Below are positions 25,586 through 38,272 of a DNA stretch of 64,000 nucleotides, piece by piece. The notes beneath the pieces were generated by a model that searched no databases, had not been told where the DNA came from, and saw nothing but the letters and a program-made list of their open reading frames with translations. This DNA comes from Tubiluchus corallicola (lineage: Eukaryota > Animalia > Priapulida). Location: positions 186,001 to 250,000 of the forward strand of contig JAQGDQ010000279.1 of the NCBI GenBank assembly GCA_030141605.1, in the 5' to 3' direction. Each line of letters opens with the position of its first letter. The first letter of the stretch is position 1. The translations under genes and the position numbers were made by a program.

Positions 25586-26815
25586 TGGAGTGTACACGAA
25601 TGCCACACAGGCCTAATCTGTATCCAAGCCCTATATTTCGCTATTGTGCGAAAATATGTAACACCTAATTAACAATGATCCAGGCTAGTTGACTTCCAAA
25701 CAGGCTAGCCCCATTGTGCCAGGTGTCAAACAAATTAGCTTCATGCTGCATTAGGCAACCCGAATATTAATGCTGGAAAACTGTCAAAACACGTTAAATC
25801 GCCAAGTTATTGGTTTCCGTGATTATGATTTCAATCTACGTCTGTCATACCTGTGAGACCACGAATAAATATGAACAGAAAATGGTAGCAATAAGTGTTA
25901 ACACTCTGTTTTCCATTTTTCAAGTGCAGCTTGGGCGCCAAAAGACCAAATATTTATAACAGGCTTGTTAGTAATGACTGCGCTCCCCAATACCAATTGT
26001 AGTGCTGAAAATGAGCAGACTTAATTACTAACGTGAAAATATTCTGCGTTATTGTTTACTGCACACTTCTCTCGCCCCGGGTTCATAATGCAACAGTTCA
26101 GTAGTATTGTTAGCCGCCGCAAGAGCTACCTAGTGGTGGACGAACGCCGCCTTTTACTGACTTTTGGAAAGCATGGAGGTTGAATCCAACACTAACCAAT
26201 TAATTAATAGCAAAGGCGGCGTTTGTCCACCGCTAGGTAGCTCTTGCAGTGACTGACAATACTGCTGAGCTGTTGCATTATGTACCGGGGGTGAGAGAGG
26301 TGCGCAGTAGAGAATAACGCAGAATACTTTCGCGTTAGTAATTGAAAGTCTTCTCATTTTCAGCACTACATCCATTTTGTAATTCAGCCATTTGTAACAA
26401 GTGACCTGTTATAAATATTTGACCTTTTGGCACCAAAGTTGCACTTGAAAAATGGACAACAGAATATTAACGCTTATTGTTACCATTTTCTGCTCATATT
26501 TTTTGTGGTCTCACATCTATTCCGGACACACATTGAGCTCATAATCAGGGAAACCAATAACTTGATGAAATTAACGTGCTTTGGCAGTTTTCCGCATTTT
26601 AAGTAATGCGGAGCAGAATTATTAGTGCGAATCTACCCTTTAATGAATATTCCAGTTGCCTAACTCAGCGTGAAGCTCATTTGTTTAACACCTTCCACAA
26701 TAAGGCTAGCCTGTTCCGAAGTCCACTAGCCGCGACCTGTGACTTATTTTTGCACAATAGCGAACAATACGGCTTGCATACGGATAAAACCTGCGTGGCT
26801 TTCGTGTAAACTCCA
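25586..26815. mobile_element. Fold-back (palindromic) non-autonomous element, ~570-bp diverged arms, ~60-bp spacer
   Basis: TGGAGTGTACACGAATGCCAC.. / ..GTGGCTTTCGTGTAAACTCCA; inner GCAAGAGCTACCTAG..CGCCGCCTTT / AAAGGCGGCG..CTAGGTAGCTCTTGC; homology continuous along the arms; TA on both flanks. Confidence 0.9.
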
Positions 26816-28914
26816 TATTTATTATCAGTTAATTGGTTAGTGGCCGGATTCAACCTGCGCGCTTTCCTGTAAAGTCAGTAAATGTATACCCTGAGGTGCC
26901 CAGTGGACAGTGAATGATATTGTCAGCAGTCTCCCCGGCAAAAAGAAATGAACAGGTTAACTGGTCAGGTACACTACATGGAAAGTATGCCCATTATTGG
27001 TTAGTAGTGGCTGGATATCAGGAGTAAAGTTACAGTCACGCAAACGTAAATGAAGCAAAACTATAAAAAGTTTGTTTATTAATTTGTGAAGCCCACTATG
27101 TATAATGCAATATTATAATGGGCTGTACATTATTGCACAATAAATATAAAAGCTGATAATTATAAACTGACAAGTGGCTACAAAATATTAGATCTAAAAG
27201 ATTTGAAATTGGCAAGCTGTTGCCACTTGCTAGTAAAACTGATAAATATTAAAACAATTTTCAAGAAATTTGTTTTAAGCTGCAATCTGAAGGAAGTAAA
27301 AGACGTTTCAGCTTGTGTATGAACTAGCAAAGAGTTCCATAAATCAAATTTACAAGTGATAACATTAAAGTTCATGATCCTGATTTGTATTTACGTGATA
27401 AAATGAGTCTAGCTAAAGAAAGTCACAGGAAAAAATGGCACTGGAAAAAACAAATAACCCAAACCCTAGCCAAAATTAATTGTGACTTTTTTCCTGTGAC
27501 TTTTGACAGACAACTTAAGCTGCAAGTTGTAATTTTGGTCAATTTGTTAGATGATTTAGATCGAATGTAAGAAATTTGCTCATTTTTTAACAAGTCTGGC
27601 TAATTTGGGATAATAATAGCGGTAAGAATTTACTGAGTTTTGGAAGAATGTATGGAACTTAGGATTTGAGTATGATTTAATAATTGGTAACTCAGCTAAA
27701 AATCAGTCAAATTTGTAGTCATTCGTGTCTTTATGAACAGTGTGCAAAATGACCAATCAGAATCAATTACTGCGATTCAAAATTTGTATGAAGCAAATGT
27801 GCACAGGAGTTTCAGGGCAGTGCGGTTAATTTTACAGTTTGTCTAAAAATTCCATTTTGAAAGCTAATGTGTTTTAAGCTATTTGCACTGTACCTACAAA
27901 TTAATTCTCTTCTTGTAAATATGTTTATAGTCAATGCTAGTTTTTAATATTCTATTTTATCTTTTTTAATACAGGAGCAGTACTTTTTGTACGAAAGAAA
28001 GTCAATATATAAATAAATTTATTGTCAAACTTAAAATACCAAGTTAATTTAAAGTTCTCATATGTAAAGATGTAATATGTAAAGTTCCTTACACGTGAGC
28101 TCATTTTACTACATTTTTCCTTTCAGACAGTTACAACCCGAAACAGCGAATTTTCTTCAATCGTAGTGTGTTCAATACGTTGCAACAAATGCTATGTGTA
28201 ATTTTTCTTTCGTCACAAATGCTGTAGTAAACATACTATATCCGTAGCAACAGCATAAATTTGTTACATCGGGCTGAGTGTAAGAAATTTGCTCATTTTT
28301 AACTGAATTTATGTAACATCAAATTTGTATAATTGTAACAAATTTGTATTTATTAAAATGATATTTACTATGTATGCCTTTGCTAATCACTTTTGCGCCT
28401 TTTTTGTACAACAATCGATAATGAAATTTTATAGACAAATACAGTCTCTCATTGCCTAAGATGACTTTGTGTTTTCTCATGTTATACGCAAGTGTCTTAT
28501 AAATTGTAACTGTCTCACTACGCGTGAAGAATTTAAATTTTAAAGCATCAGGTTCGTTTAATTTCGAAGCTGTCAGAGTTAGGACAAGTAGAACCGCTGT
28601 TTATCCCTAGAAAAACCACTCGCGATTTTGAAGCTGATCTGTACGCTGACGTGTGAGTTCTTGCGTATGTGGGGAATTTTCGCCTGCACAGGATTTAGCG
28701 AATGCAAATTCATTATTGATATTTGACAAAAACACTTGCAACCGAAGTTTTTCCTGAGTGTTAGTTATAAGTTATCTGTATTAGAATTCTCATGCAGTTT
28801 ATTGCATCTTTTTACGACCGTTCTTATTAAGCTTTGCAAGTGTGGCGTTGGTATTAAACACACTGTTATTGCATTACATTTAGTAACCAAAAAAACTAAT
28901 GTAAATGAATTTTT

Positions 28915-28997
28915 TTTGAAAGATTAAATCTGGATTTGAACCGGGGGTGTTTGGAATAGCGCCCTGTACATGCACAGCAACTATTTCGTCATGTCGG
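28915..28997 (-). mobile_element. tRNA-derived SINE-like fragment
   Basis: Reverse strand tattccaaacacccccGGTTCAAATCCaga; shares tattccaaa..ggttc.aatc with 35456-35560. Confidence 0.4.
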
Positions 28998-29210
28998 AAC
29001 GTTGACTGCCGATAACAACTTTATTCACAAACGATTGCACCATGTGACCAGACTACGGCTTTGATTGAAACCCAGCAGCTCACCAAAGTATCAGCTGACA
29101 GTGCTTTATGTTTTCTATCAATAGATCTCAACACCTTATGCATAATATACTATTAGTAACGCTGCTTACATGTTGGCGTTATTTACTGATATTAACGTGA
29201 AACAACTTAA

Positions 29211-29885
29211 AGGACAAGAAAACGGGTACCTGAAGTAGGTTTCAGAAAAATCGCCTTAAAAAATTATACTACTTTCCAGCATTTTTATGCGTACATCGTG
29301 CTCGCGTTGAAAGGATTTTTCGTTTGCTTTCATTTTAAATCTCCCGCAATACTGTGTACTGTTCCAAAGTCGCCATTACATGTCGTCACCTACGCACAAC
29401 GTAAATCAGAGGAAGAAAAGGCAATGTTAAATTATGTCCCAAAAAACTTTCCATGCAAATCTATATTACTTAGCATTTCGCATACGTACTGGAAAGACTT
29501 ATGTAACTAGAAATAATAATTTAAAAAGTTTGTGCCAATTGGTAACATGTCGCTGACTCAACCTCCACGGTGCGCCACTCACTAACCAAAAACGTATTTT
29601 TAATCTTATTAATAAGATACAGTAATTTAAAATTTTACTTAGCAACATGTATGTTAGGAATGCTCTGATTATTTCTTCAAACTTTACTCAGTTAAACTTG
29701 TTGTTTCAAACAACCTACCATCTAAATGTCTGCGCCTAACGGTCAGCGCGGGAATTTAAATTTACAGGTTCTATACAGCGTTGCGGCCGACGCAAACCCC
29801 TCTGGCAAAAAGGCAGTATGCAAGTGGTATAAAATGTCAAGACGAATTTTTTAAGCTTTACGTAAGAGGAGGGTTTTCTTGTGCT
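29211..29885. mobile_element. Kolobok-like MITE (K3) containing a K1 5' segment (~29405-29720)
   Basis: TTAA (29207-29210) AGGACAAGAAAAC ... GTTTTCTTGTGCT TTAA (29886-29889); internal inverted motif tttaaatctcccgc / gcgggaatttaaa. Confidence 0.75.
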
Positions 29886-29889
29886 TTAA

Positions 29890-30436
29890 AGGTGCACTGA
29901 AGACTAAATATGATTGGGTCATAATGTAATTTAGTCATTACTGATCACGATATCATATGTAAAAAGTCATATTTAAAAATTGACGAAAAGACGGCCAAAA
30001 ATATTGGAATAAATAAAGTAAGTAGGCAGTCATGCTGCTTATTAAATGTAGTTGTATGGAAACTATGAGAGACCTATATCCATTGGCCTGTATGAATAAG
30101 AATGTACAGATTGCAAAGTACTGCAAATAAGCTGCTAGCTACAAGACCACAACTTTTTGGGTTAATACGTGCTCAGCGGTTGTATAGATAATAATTAGGC
30201 TAAATTTCGCCAAAACTATATTTAGTCTATGAGAAAACAAATAATGTAACCAGACTACAGCGGAGCACGAGATAGCAGTGACGTCATGCTAAAACTTTTG
30301 CACGCTGTACCTCATTACTAATATTTTTTCGTCTGTCGCATGTACTCGTAACTACATTGAACTAGGTGCGGACATAGCTACGATTTAAGCTTAACATTAA
30401 AAATGCCGTCAGCGCAATTTTAACCTTGAGTACCTT
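29890..30436. mobile_element. Second Kolobok-like element starting at the same TTAA
   Basis: TTAA+AGGTGCACTG at 29890; possible right end GAGTACCT+TTCA at ~30428-30439 (degenerate). Confidence 0.4.
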
Positions 30437-30905
30437 TCATGTGTAATGCTTATTGTCAGTTAAATATTCATTTCAATTCAATTAATTTTCAATGAAATTT
30501 GCACCAAGTTGGTGCGTAATATTTAGCCGAGCAATGCAGGAAATCTTTGTGCACTCGGTTTAGCTATGCAGCTTTCACCCTTCACTTTCTGAACAGAATT
30601 CAGCTCCCCAGGATTTCCCCATGGTAATTTATGCAAATGTCTTGTGAAACTCGCAGAAACCAACAATCAGCCATCGCTCTATGTTAAACAGCTTGTCAAT
30701 TTACATGAGATTTTATATTTTTTGCAGCGGGATGCATCTGAAATGGCTTCATCCGCTGTGGCTTCACATCAGTTATGCTGCTAAATAAACACGTCAATTT
30801 TGATGCTTGAAATGGATGATATGTAAGTTTGCAAATATTGAATTTTGTTTGTGTTCGTGCAAGCTGAATTAATGGCCCTATTTGCCTGGAAAAACTTTGT
30901 GCGTC

Positions 30906-32013
30906 AGTTACTGTACATGTCTGTTTACCCCCTGTGTGAGGTTGTACCAAAATATTGCCTGCGTTTCTGTAAACATAAATATTTTGATCTAAAACGTGGG
31001 AACTAAAGTTACTTCGGTTTTTATTAACCTAAATTATTTAACCCAATTTTTCCAACAATCTACCTGAACTGCCTAACTCCATGTTAAATAGTCTAACTTA
31101 ACCCAGTCTGACATAAACCAAGACCTTACCCAAATCAAGCCTTCTGGGGGAAGTAAGGCCTATTTCAATGTTTGCGGAAAATGTTAGAATGATTTGGTGA
31201 TAAAACTGTTATAAGAGTCTCGTGTAATTAGTAAAATCACTTTAAAGTCGTGATAATTTCACGCTTGTCCCATTATGAATGCTAATTCTTCCAACAATGA
31301 ACGTCTCTGGTCAGCCGAAGTTAAGCAACGAGCTATCAATTTCCATCAAAACTAATAATAATTTTTTACAAAAAAAAATCGATAGCTAATTTTGTGATAT
31401 TTTTGGTTGAATATTAGGTAAGGTGTAGAAGTCCGAATTATTCTGAGCAGTGCACGCTTATGAAAATCCTGCTCAGAATAATTCGGACTTCTACACCTTA
31501 CCTAATATTCAACCAAAAATATCACAAAATTAGCTATCGATTTTTTTTTGTAAAAAATTATTATTAGTTTTGATGGAAATTGATAGCTCGTTGCTTAACT
31601 TCGGCTGACCAGAGACGTTCATTGTTGGAAGAATTAGCATTCATAATGGGACAAGCGTGAAATTATCACGACTTTAAAGTGATTTTACTAATTACACGAG
31701 ACTCTTATAACAGTTTTATCACCAAATCATTCTAACATTTTCCGCAAACATTGAAATAGGCCTTACTTCCCCCAGAAGGCTTGATTTGGGTAAGGTCTTG
31801 GTTTATGTCAGACTGGGTTAAGTTAGACTATTTAACATGGAGTTAGGCAGTTCAGGTAGATTGTTGGAAAAATTGGGTTAAATAATTTAGGTTAATAAAA
31901 ACCGAAGTAACTTTAGTTCCCACGTTTTAGATCAAAATATTTATGTTTACAGAAACGCAGGCAATATTTTGGTACAACCTCACACAGGGGGTAAACAGAC
32001 ATGTACAGTAACT
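30906..32013. repeat. Perfect palindrome: two 545-bp arms, 18-bp loop
   Basis: 30906-31450 is the reverse complement of 31469-32013 (coordinate sums both 62919; no mismatch seen); loop TGCACGCTTATGAAAATC. Confidence 0.97.
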
Positions 32014-32262
32014 CTGAGCAGTGCACGCTTATGGGAAATCACACTGCGCGTACGAGAATTCACAAAGTCCACCAGTTACGTCATAATTTTCATGTGAATG
32101 GCGGGCTACCACCAAACCTGAAAATTTCTATACAGCCGTAATAAAAATTAACTTTATATTTCATAGACATATATTTGGACATTTCTTTGTTATATTTTTT
32201 TAAGTTTACGTGACAACAGTAAAATAAATCCAACATGCTAAATGACTTGTCATTTTCATTAA
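31138..32262 (+). mobile_element. Kolobok-like family K1 3' part, interrupted by the inverted duplication
   Basis: 31138-31468 joined to 32014-32262 is collinear with the uninterrupted copy at 49995-50549; ends ..GACTTGTCATTTTCA+TTAA. Confidence 0.85.
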
Positions 32263-32314
32263 CGTACTCAGGGCAACCTGAGCAAGCGCACACCAGACTT
32301 CACTCTTTTGCATG

Positions 32315-32510
32315 ACTCCAATCCTATTTCGTCCTGTCCAACCTATCCAGCTCAGTTCCGTCTAATTTAGTGCAGTCCAGCCCAGTGTGGTGCTCTTGTC
32401 TAGTTCAGTTCAAGTCCAGTCCAAATCGCTAATCCAGTTTGTCTCGGTTTTTTCTAGCCCACTCTAGTTCAATGTTGTATAACTCATTCGAATCCAGTCG
32501 TCTCAGTCCT
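32315..32510. repeat. Degenerate pentanucleotide (CCAGT)n tract
   Basis: gtccagcccagt, ctagttcagttcaagtccagtccaa, atccagt. Confidence 0.65.
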
Positions 32511-33433
32511 TCGAGCTGAGGCTCTGGACGCGGGCACAAGCCACCAAACATTGGTAACCCAGGACCGCCCATGTAGAGCTGCTGCATGCAGCAATTCCGG
32601 TGTTACTGATGGGTTGTTAGGAGTAATGGCATTTAATGTTACTATCCACATTAACCCCCTGGCAAAACTGTTGTAAATATTTGTAATACGGCGGGCAGTG
32701 GTTAATGTGAAATCTTGTGAAACTCTAAATGTTTCTGTGGCTTCGTTTATAGAGCGAATAAACACAGTTTGTTTTTCATGAGTTTAATGCTAAAGGACTC
32801 ACCAGATTTTTCTCTTTCAATTTCGTGTTTTAAAGTCGAAACATCAACGCGTCCTACAAGTATAAGCTAAAAAATAAAATCAAGGCGGGGAAGGGGTTTG
32901 AAAACCTACAATAATTGGCATTTTTAATGTGTTTAGGTAAAACTTGTGCTCCTTATTTTCTCCTTATTTGAGAAATTTGAAAGACCGATAACGTGGTGGG
33001 ATCGAACCAGTACTCATATGACAGCCCGTTGTCTGTGATACTTAATTATTAATACTAATCTCTAGTCTAGGCGGTTCGCTGTTCACTATTTTCAAAATAG
33101 CAGAATTCTATTTCTGTTTGTATTTATGTCGTGTGGCGCAGAAAAATGGGTTGAAGTTAGACTACAATAATATTAGAAGCTAGTAACTTACAAAGTTGAA
33201 ATTTCACATTATGGTATTACAGTACGTTAGCTTTTGGCTGTGAATTTATGGCTTCCGTGATTTCTAAGTTATGGCTGAAAAGCTTTTGCGTATCAAAAAA
33301 ATTAAATGCCGGAACAATGTCAGCTAATAACCATTTGAGCGATAGCCACGTTGATGTATCAACCAGTCTTCATCATACAAAATAAACTACTGGTAAATAT
33401 TTATTGTCAAGAAAAAAAATAGTACAGTTAAAA

Positions 33434-33517
33434 CTCTGGATTACAGTATCTGGAAGACTTGATTCTCTGGATTACAGTATCTGGAAGGCTTAATTCTCTG
33501 GATTATAATATCTGGAA
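33434..33517. repeat. 31-bp tandem repeat, ~2.7 copies
   Basis: ctctggattacagtatctggaag(a/g)ctt(t)(g/a)attct repeated. Confidence 0.9.
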
Positions 33518-33539
33518 TTCCCTTAAAGAGAAAGTGTAC

Positions 33540-34499
33540 CATGGGCGCACAGAACTATTTTTTGTATAGAGGAACTAAAGGCAGAAATTGTTGAGTGCTG
33601 AGACCAAATAGCCCAAACTACACATCACCTATTGAAAGAAACGCCTTGGTCTAGCTATAGCCCCCGGACTTGGGCAAACACATTTTTTGGGCAATCACCA
33701 GATTTTTCGAGCACCGGCCAAATGATGAAAAAAAATATTTTTCATAAAAGGAAATCTCGAATTTTCTCCATACCGCCAAATGAAGTGGCCGAAATCCGGG
33801 CATCTTTTGATCATGCGGTGAGTTGAGGTAATTTCCGACAAGAAGTTGACCTGTGCTTTCTCCGAGTTTCAGGAAAATCAGTCAGATCCGCCGATCGGCG
33901 AGTGTTCGAAAACATAAGAATCGAAATGTCATTTTTAGTCATGTACGTGCAGTCATAGTCATCACCGTTTAATGTGAACTTGGTTCCTTCGCTGCATTAT
34001 TACTCACCTAGATGTATGGCCTTGCTAAGAGTTTTTTGTCTCTTCTGATTTGTTGCGATGATTATGTGATGATTGTTTGTATATAGATCTATATGTGCCA
34101 AATCAATCAGTGACAAATCATCGTCACCGTTGGGTGTTCCTTGACCATACATTTTGAGAATAACTAGATGTAGAACCAGGAGCACATATATAATATAGAA
34201 CCTAGAGCATAGTACAGAACATAACAAATCTGTACATAGGACAGTTCTGGATCCAGATTTTTGTGGTAACTATTCCACGTCTATTCTCGCTAGAATGATG
34301 TACATGTGTGTGTGTGATGAATGATGATGACGGCGAATAATACACTGTTTTATATCCGTCTCTGTGCATTTTAGTGTCTTAGAAAATTTATGACGCATTT
34401 ATCTGGTCAAATTTGGCCAGTTCTTTTTTTGGTTTGACCCTGTATTTTTCGGGCAAAAGTGGCTCAGCTCCCCTAGAAAAATAGACCCGAATGCCCATG
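33540..34499. mobile_element. Possible hAT-like non-autonomous element with CATGGGC..GCCCATG ends
   Basis: Terminal CATGGGCG / TGCCCATG and subterminal ttttt(c/t)gggcaa motifs at both ends; no matching TSD. Confidence 0.35.
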
Positions 34500-35455
34500 C
34501 TTGCTGTAATAGTAGCATGGTAATAGTAATGCTTTCAACAATAGTGACGTACGAAATTTTCCCCCATTTATTTTTTTTGATTTGTTGATTTAAAACTTCA
34601 GTTCTTTATTTTTTAGAAATATTTAGGGAATGACCTAAAATTTTAGTGTTTATACGTAACCATATGCAACATCGGCGGGGTACTTTCAAGAAGTTTTGTC
34701 ATTTGCTGCTTATATTATCATAATCAAAACTTCCGCGCATTTTAGCGCCACCTGATATATGTACACTATGCGTATTTATTTTTGTACGCTAATGTTTTTT
34801 TCGTTCAGTCAGTTTTCTTAACCATGGCGTATTGATGACATCCTGACTCCTGTACCGGCCTTATTTAATTTGAGTATACATCTAATGATGATTGGCTTCT
34901 TAATTGCATTAATTATCTTTATAACGTTAAAGAAACTAATAACGCGAAATTATACGTCGTGATTAAAATTACTAGCGCGCGCGTAATAGGCTAATTAGTG
35001 CTGGGATTATAGTTACTATTAACGCAATATAGCATTGCTCGTCCGCTTGCTATTGTCACTCACTTTACGTATTTTCAGAGTTTTGACTTAATTAGGCAAG
35101 TAATTTTTTACAATATGCTTTATAGCTTAACCGTTAGTTAATTATTTATAATCATAATTACCAGATTTTTCTTTAATGATAGAATTAAACAACAATTACT
35201 AAATTCCTGAAACCAAACTTAGTCGAAAGAAAGCAAATGTGAAAAAGTTTCCACTTGCGGTTGAAGACATGTTTCACCTCAGTGTTAACATCTCGCCTAA
35301 TCTAGGACTAATCTTATCTGTAAGTCAATTATAAAAACTCTCCAATTAGCTAGTAGTTAGTTTACTATGAGAAAGCTAACATTTGGAGGTGCTAGAACTT
35401 GAACTTGTACTTGAACTACAACTAGATTGTTTGGTTAGATGTTAGGACTGAATCA

Positions 35456-35560
35456 ATGACTACCGAGTCTCTAGTAGTCATGACACTTGACCTGTATTCC
35501 AAATGTTCCTGGTTCGAATCTGGAATTTGTACCGAATTTCTTACATTTCCCTTTTCAGCA
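35456..35560 (+). mobile_element. tRNA-derived SINE-like fragment
   Basis: A-box-like GTCTCTAGTAGTCATGACA, B-box GGTTCGAATCTGG, T-rich tail; no intact cloverleaf. Confidence 0.5.
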
Positions 35561-36394
35561 AATTTTAGTTTTAAAAAGTTAATAGTTGGAGGTTCGTTCC
35601 TTCATGGCGCTAATTTGTTCATTACTATTTTCAAGGGAATCCGTCACAATGAAGCCGTCATAGCAAAGTTCTGCATCATATTTTGCACTAGATGCTGTAT
35701 GAAGCAGCTTATTTTATTGCCCCGTCTCTTGTAATCAGGTCTGTATATATACGGTTAATGCTAACAGCAATCTCTGATTTTTCCTGTTCAGTTTATAGTC
35801 ATTTTATGCACTTACTCAACGACCATGCGTCCTGGCTGTAATAGAAACCTAATCCCGTGCTTCTGCTCAAACCAGAGCGAATACAACCCAGATTATTGTC
35901 TGTAGGATGTAGACAATAAGAATCACAGTAGCAGCGAGCATGTTGGTAATTGCGAGTCATCCACACGGGAGGATTTCACCTGCATTGAAGCAGAATCAGC
36001 GGGGCACGTGAACATCAAAGGGATGAACCGCTGGGAGCCCTAAACGTAATAAACAGAGCAACTAAATTGAAATAAGCAAACCAGGAAGCAGAAATGAAAA
36101 AAAATGAAGATTATAGTGCGTTTTTAGAACGCGTAATTAAACAAAATTATTTCATGCGCATGCACTAGTGTAAAGGATGCAATTTGGATCACTTTTTCAC
36201 CTTAATAGGTTTATTAGAAACTTCTTTTCTTGATTGTAAATTATATTTTTTGTACATTTCGGTGCATTGCAGAGTGCCAACATGCAGCGCTTAACAGTTT
36301 GACCCGCTGGTTCTGATTGGGCTGAAATTTGGCTCATTATCATTGAAATTCCTCAAGCAAAGACGCTAAACCAGTTGAGGCGTCTTCCGTCCCC

Positions 36395-36495
36395 AAAAAA
36401 AATCGCAGGACGGGGGCCGTGAGTCACGAACCCATTTCCTAACTACTCACATTGCTGCTTAACTTCGTACTCAAGAGCATGCCGTGGCCATGTTA
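36395..36495 (-). pseudogene. 5S rRNA-derived relic (5S pseudogene or SINE3-type head)
   Basis: Minus strand CGAAGTTAAGCAG-N12-TTAG-N4-TGGGTTCGTGAC has the same spacing as the 5S A box / intermediate element / C box (GAAGTTAAGCAG-N12-TTAG-N4-TGGATGGGTGAC), then a T8 run. Confidence 0.5.
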
Positions 36496-38272
36496 ACTAT
36501 CTCATCGCCCTAATGTACGGTTGGGCTAAGTATTTTTTTCCGAGAAAGTTATAAATTACGAGAAACGTTGTAAGATCTCAATTAACGAAAAAAAATAATG
36601 AAAAATTCTTTTAAAAAAGGTCAAGACGAGAGTAACTAAAATTGTGCAGCAAAACCTAAAAGAGCAAATAAGAGAAATAAAATGATAATAAGATCACAAA
36701 TAGATTTCGTAATTGAACTTGTTATTTTGTACCAAATATCTAAGTTTATTTGAAATCAAACAACATTTTAAACCGCTCTTATTTACAGCGCACATGCAGC
36801 GTTAATGGAAATCATAAATAAAAACTGGATTAATAGTTGACTAAAATGTCTTTAGTTTTACAAACGTTTTGCACCACGTAAAGCATTGTCAATATTGTTG
36901 GAAATTAATATTAAAAAACAAACATGCAATATTTTTTATTTCAACTTGTTGTAAGGATGTTGCATGTTTATTTTTTAGACTATTAATTTTCTTCAACTTT
37001 CATCGTGAATTATTTTTCATCAACATTGGCAATGCTGTACTTGGAGCGAAACGTACGTTAAATAAAGATAATTAATATAAATATTAAGAAAATAAATACT
37101 GTTATTTCCTGAAATTATTTGTGATTTATCATTCAACAAAAACAAGTGAGCTTTAGTGCGTTTGGTACTCTGACTTACCTGCGCGATGATAATTGCTAAA
37201 CACTGCCTTCCTGAACTTACCTTTACGACAAGAATATTCTTGTTTCACTTTCAAAGGCTGTGTAAATGGCTAACTTGATTCACGAACGGTAATCTAGTTG
37301 TTTAAATGACGAATAACACTTGTCAGAACAAAGTCAAATCTTTTTTGACTGGCTTTCCGCAGGATAATTACAGTGAAGCCACTATGTAACGCGATCAAAA
37401 GAAGAACCTGTTCTGCGCAGGCGCCCGAAGCAACGTAATCAAATAACGCAGATTTGATGCAATGGGAAAACGGTTGCCAGTTAGATTCGGTTTAATTGAT
37501 GGTAAGCTACGCACCTCACACAGTAGCCGACATCAAAATTTAAAGCATAATCCCCCGGGAATGTTTTCTCTTTTACAAAACAGGTGGCTGCAGTGTTGTG
37601 TAAAGTTAAATCATGTTGCCTTCTACGACCCATTTATTTTGCACCTATTTTCCCGGCTACCGTTCGGAAAGCAGTTATTAAACTGACAGCATATTTACAT
37701 ATGGATCGACTATACAGGGCAAGCTATGCTTGATGCACTTTACTGGATAAATTGGATAATCGTGAAAAGCGTGTTTTTCTGGAAACAGATTTGATTAACA
37801 GTAAGTTTATCTGAGATCTGAATCATAAGTGCAGTGTGATGTATTAGCATTTTTTGCATTGCAGTTTGGCTCATCGCATCTGGGAAGGCGTGATAACCGA
37901 CCAGCAATGGCACGTTGTTGTCGACTCACGGGTTCCGGTTTTTTATCATCTGAGTGAAACTTCTTGGCCAACCTCAATTGACGAGGGATGATAGGCGGCC
38001 CAAGCGGCTTGTTCTCCTTGCGTGTTTAGCTACGAAATTAAATGCTGTAACCATCTCTCCCAACGCCACACTAATGTGGTCTGGTACTAGGCCATATTTC
38101 TTCTTACACACTGCAAGTCAGTTTCCTACATTCACCAGCATTGCTGTTAATGCTGGTAACAAAACTACCATCTAGCGCACGAGGTTCTGAATTTGCGGAG
38201 CTGCAAACTGATAGCTAAAACTTTCCCGGAATAGTTATCCATTTACTAATTAGACTCCTTCCCACTTCCCAG

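Noticed and set aside
27434-27447. AATGGCACTGGAA resembling the 5' end of miR-263/183
   Set aside because: Lies within the GGAAAAAATGGCACA minisatellite; match stops at 13 nt and no precursor hairpin seen
31315-31331. 5S rRNA A-box-like 16-mer CCGAAGTTAAGCAACG in the palindrome arms
   Set aside because: No C box downstream, and the homologous K1 position (~50172) lacks the motif; probably coincidence
33434-33517. CRISPR-like appearance of short repeats (also 38705-39000, 23225-23537)
   Set aside because: Head-to-tail or degenerate tandem units without unique constant-length spacers; no cas genes; eukaryotic context
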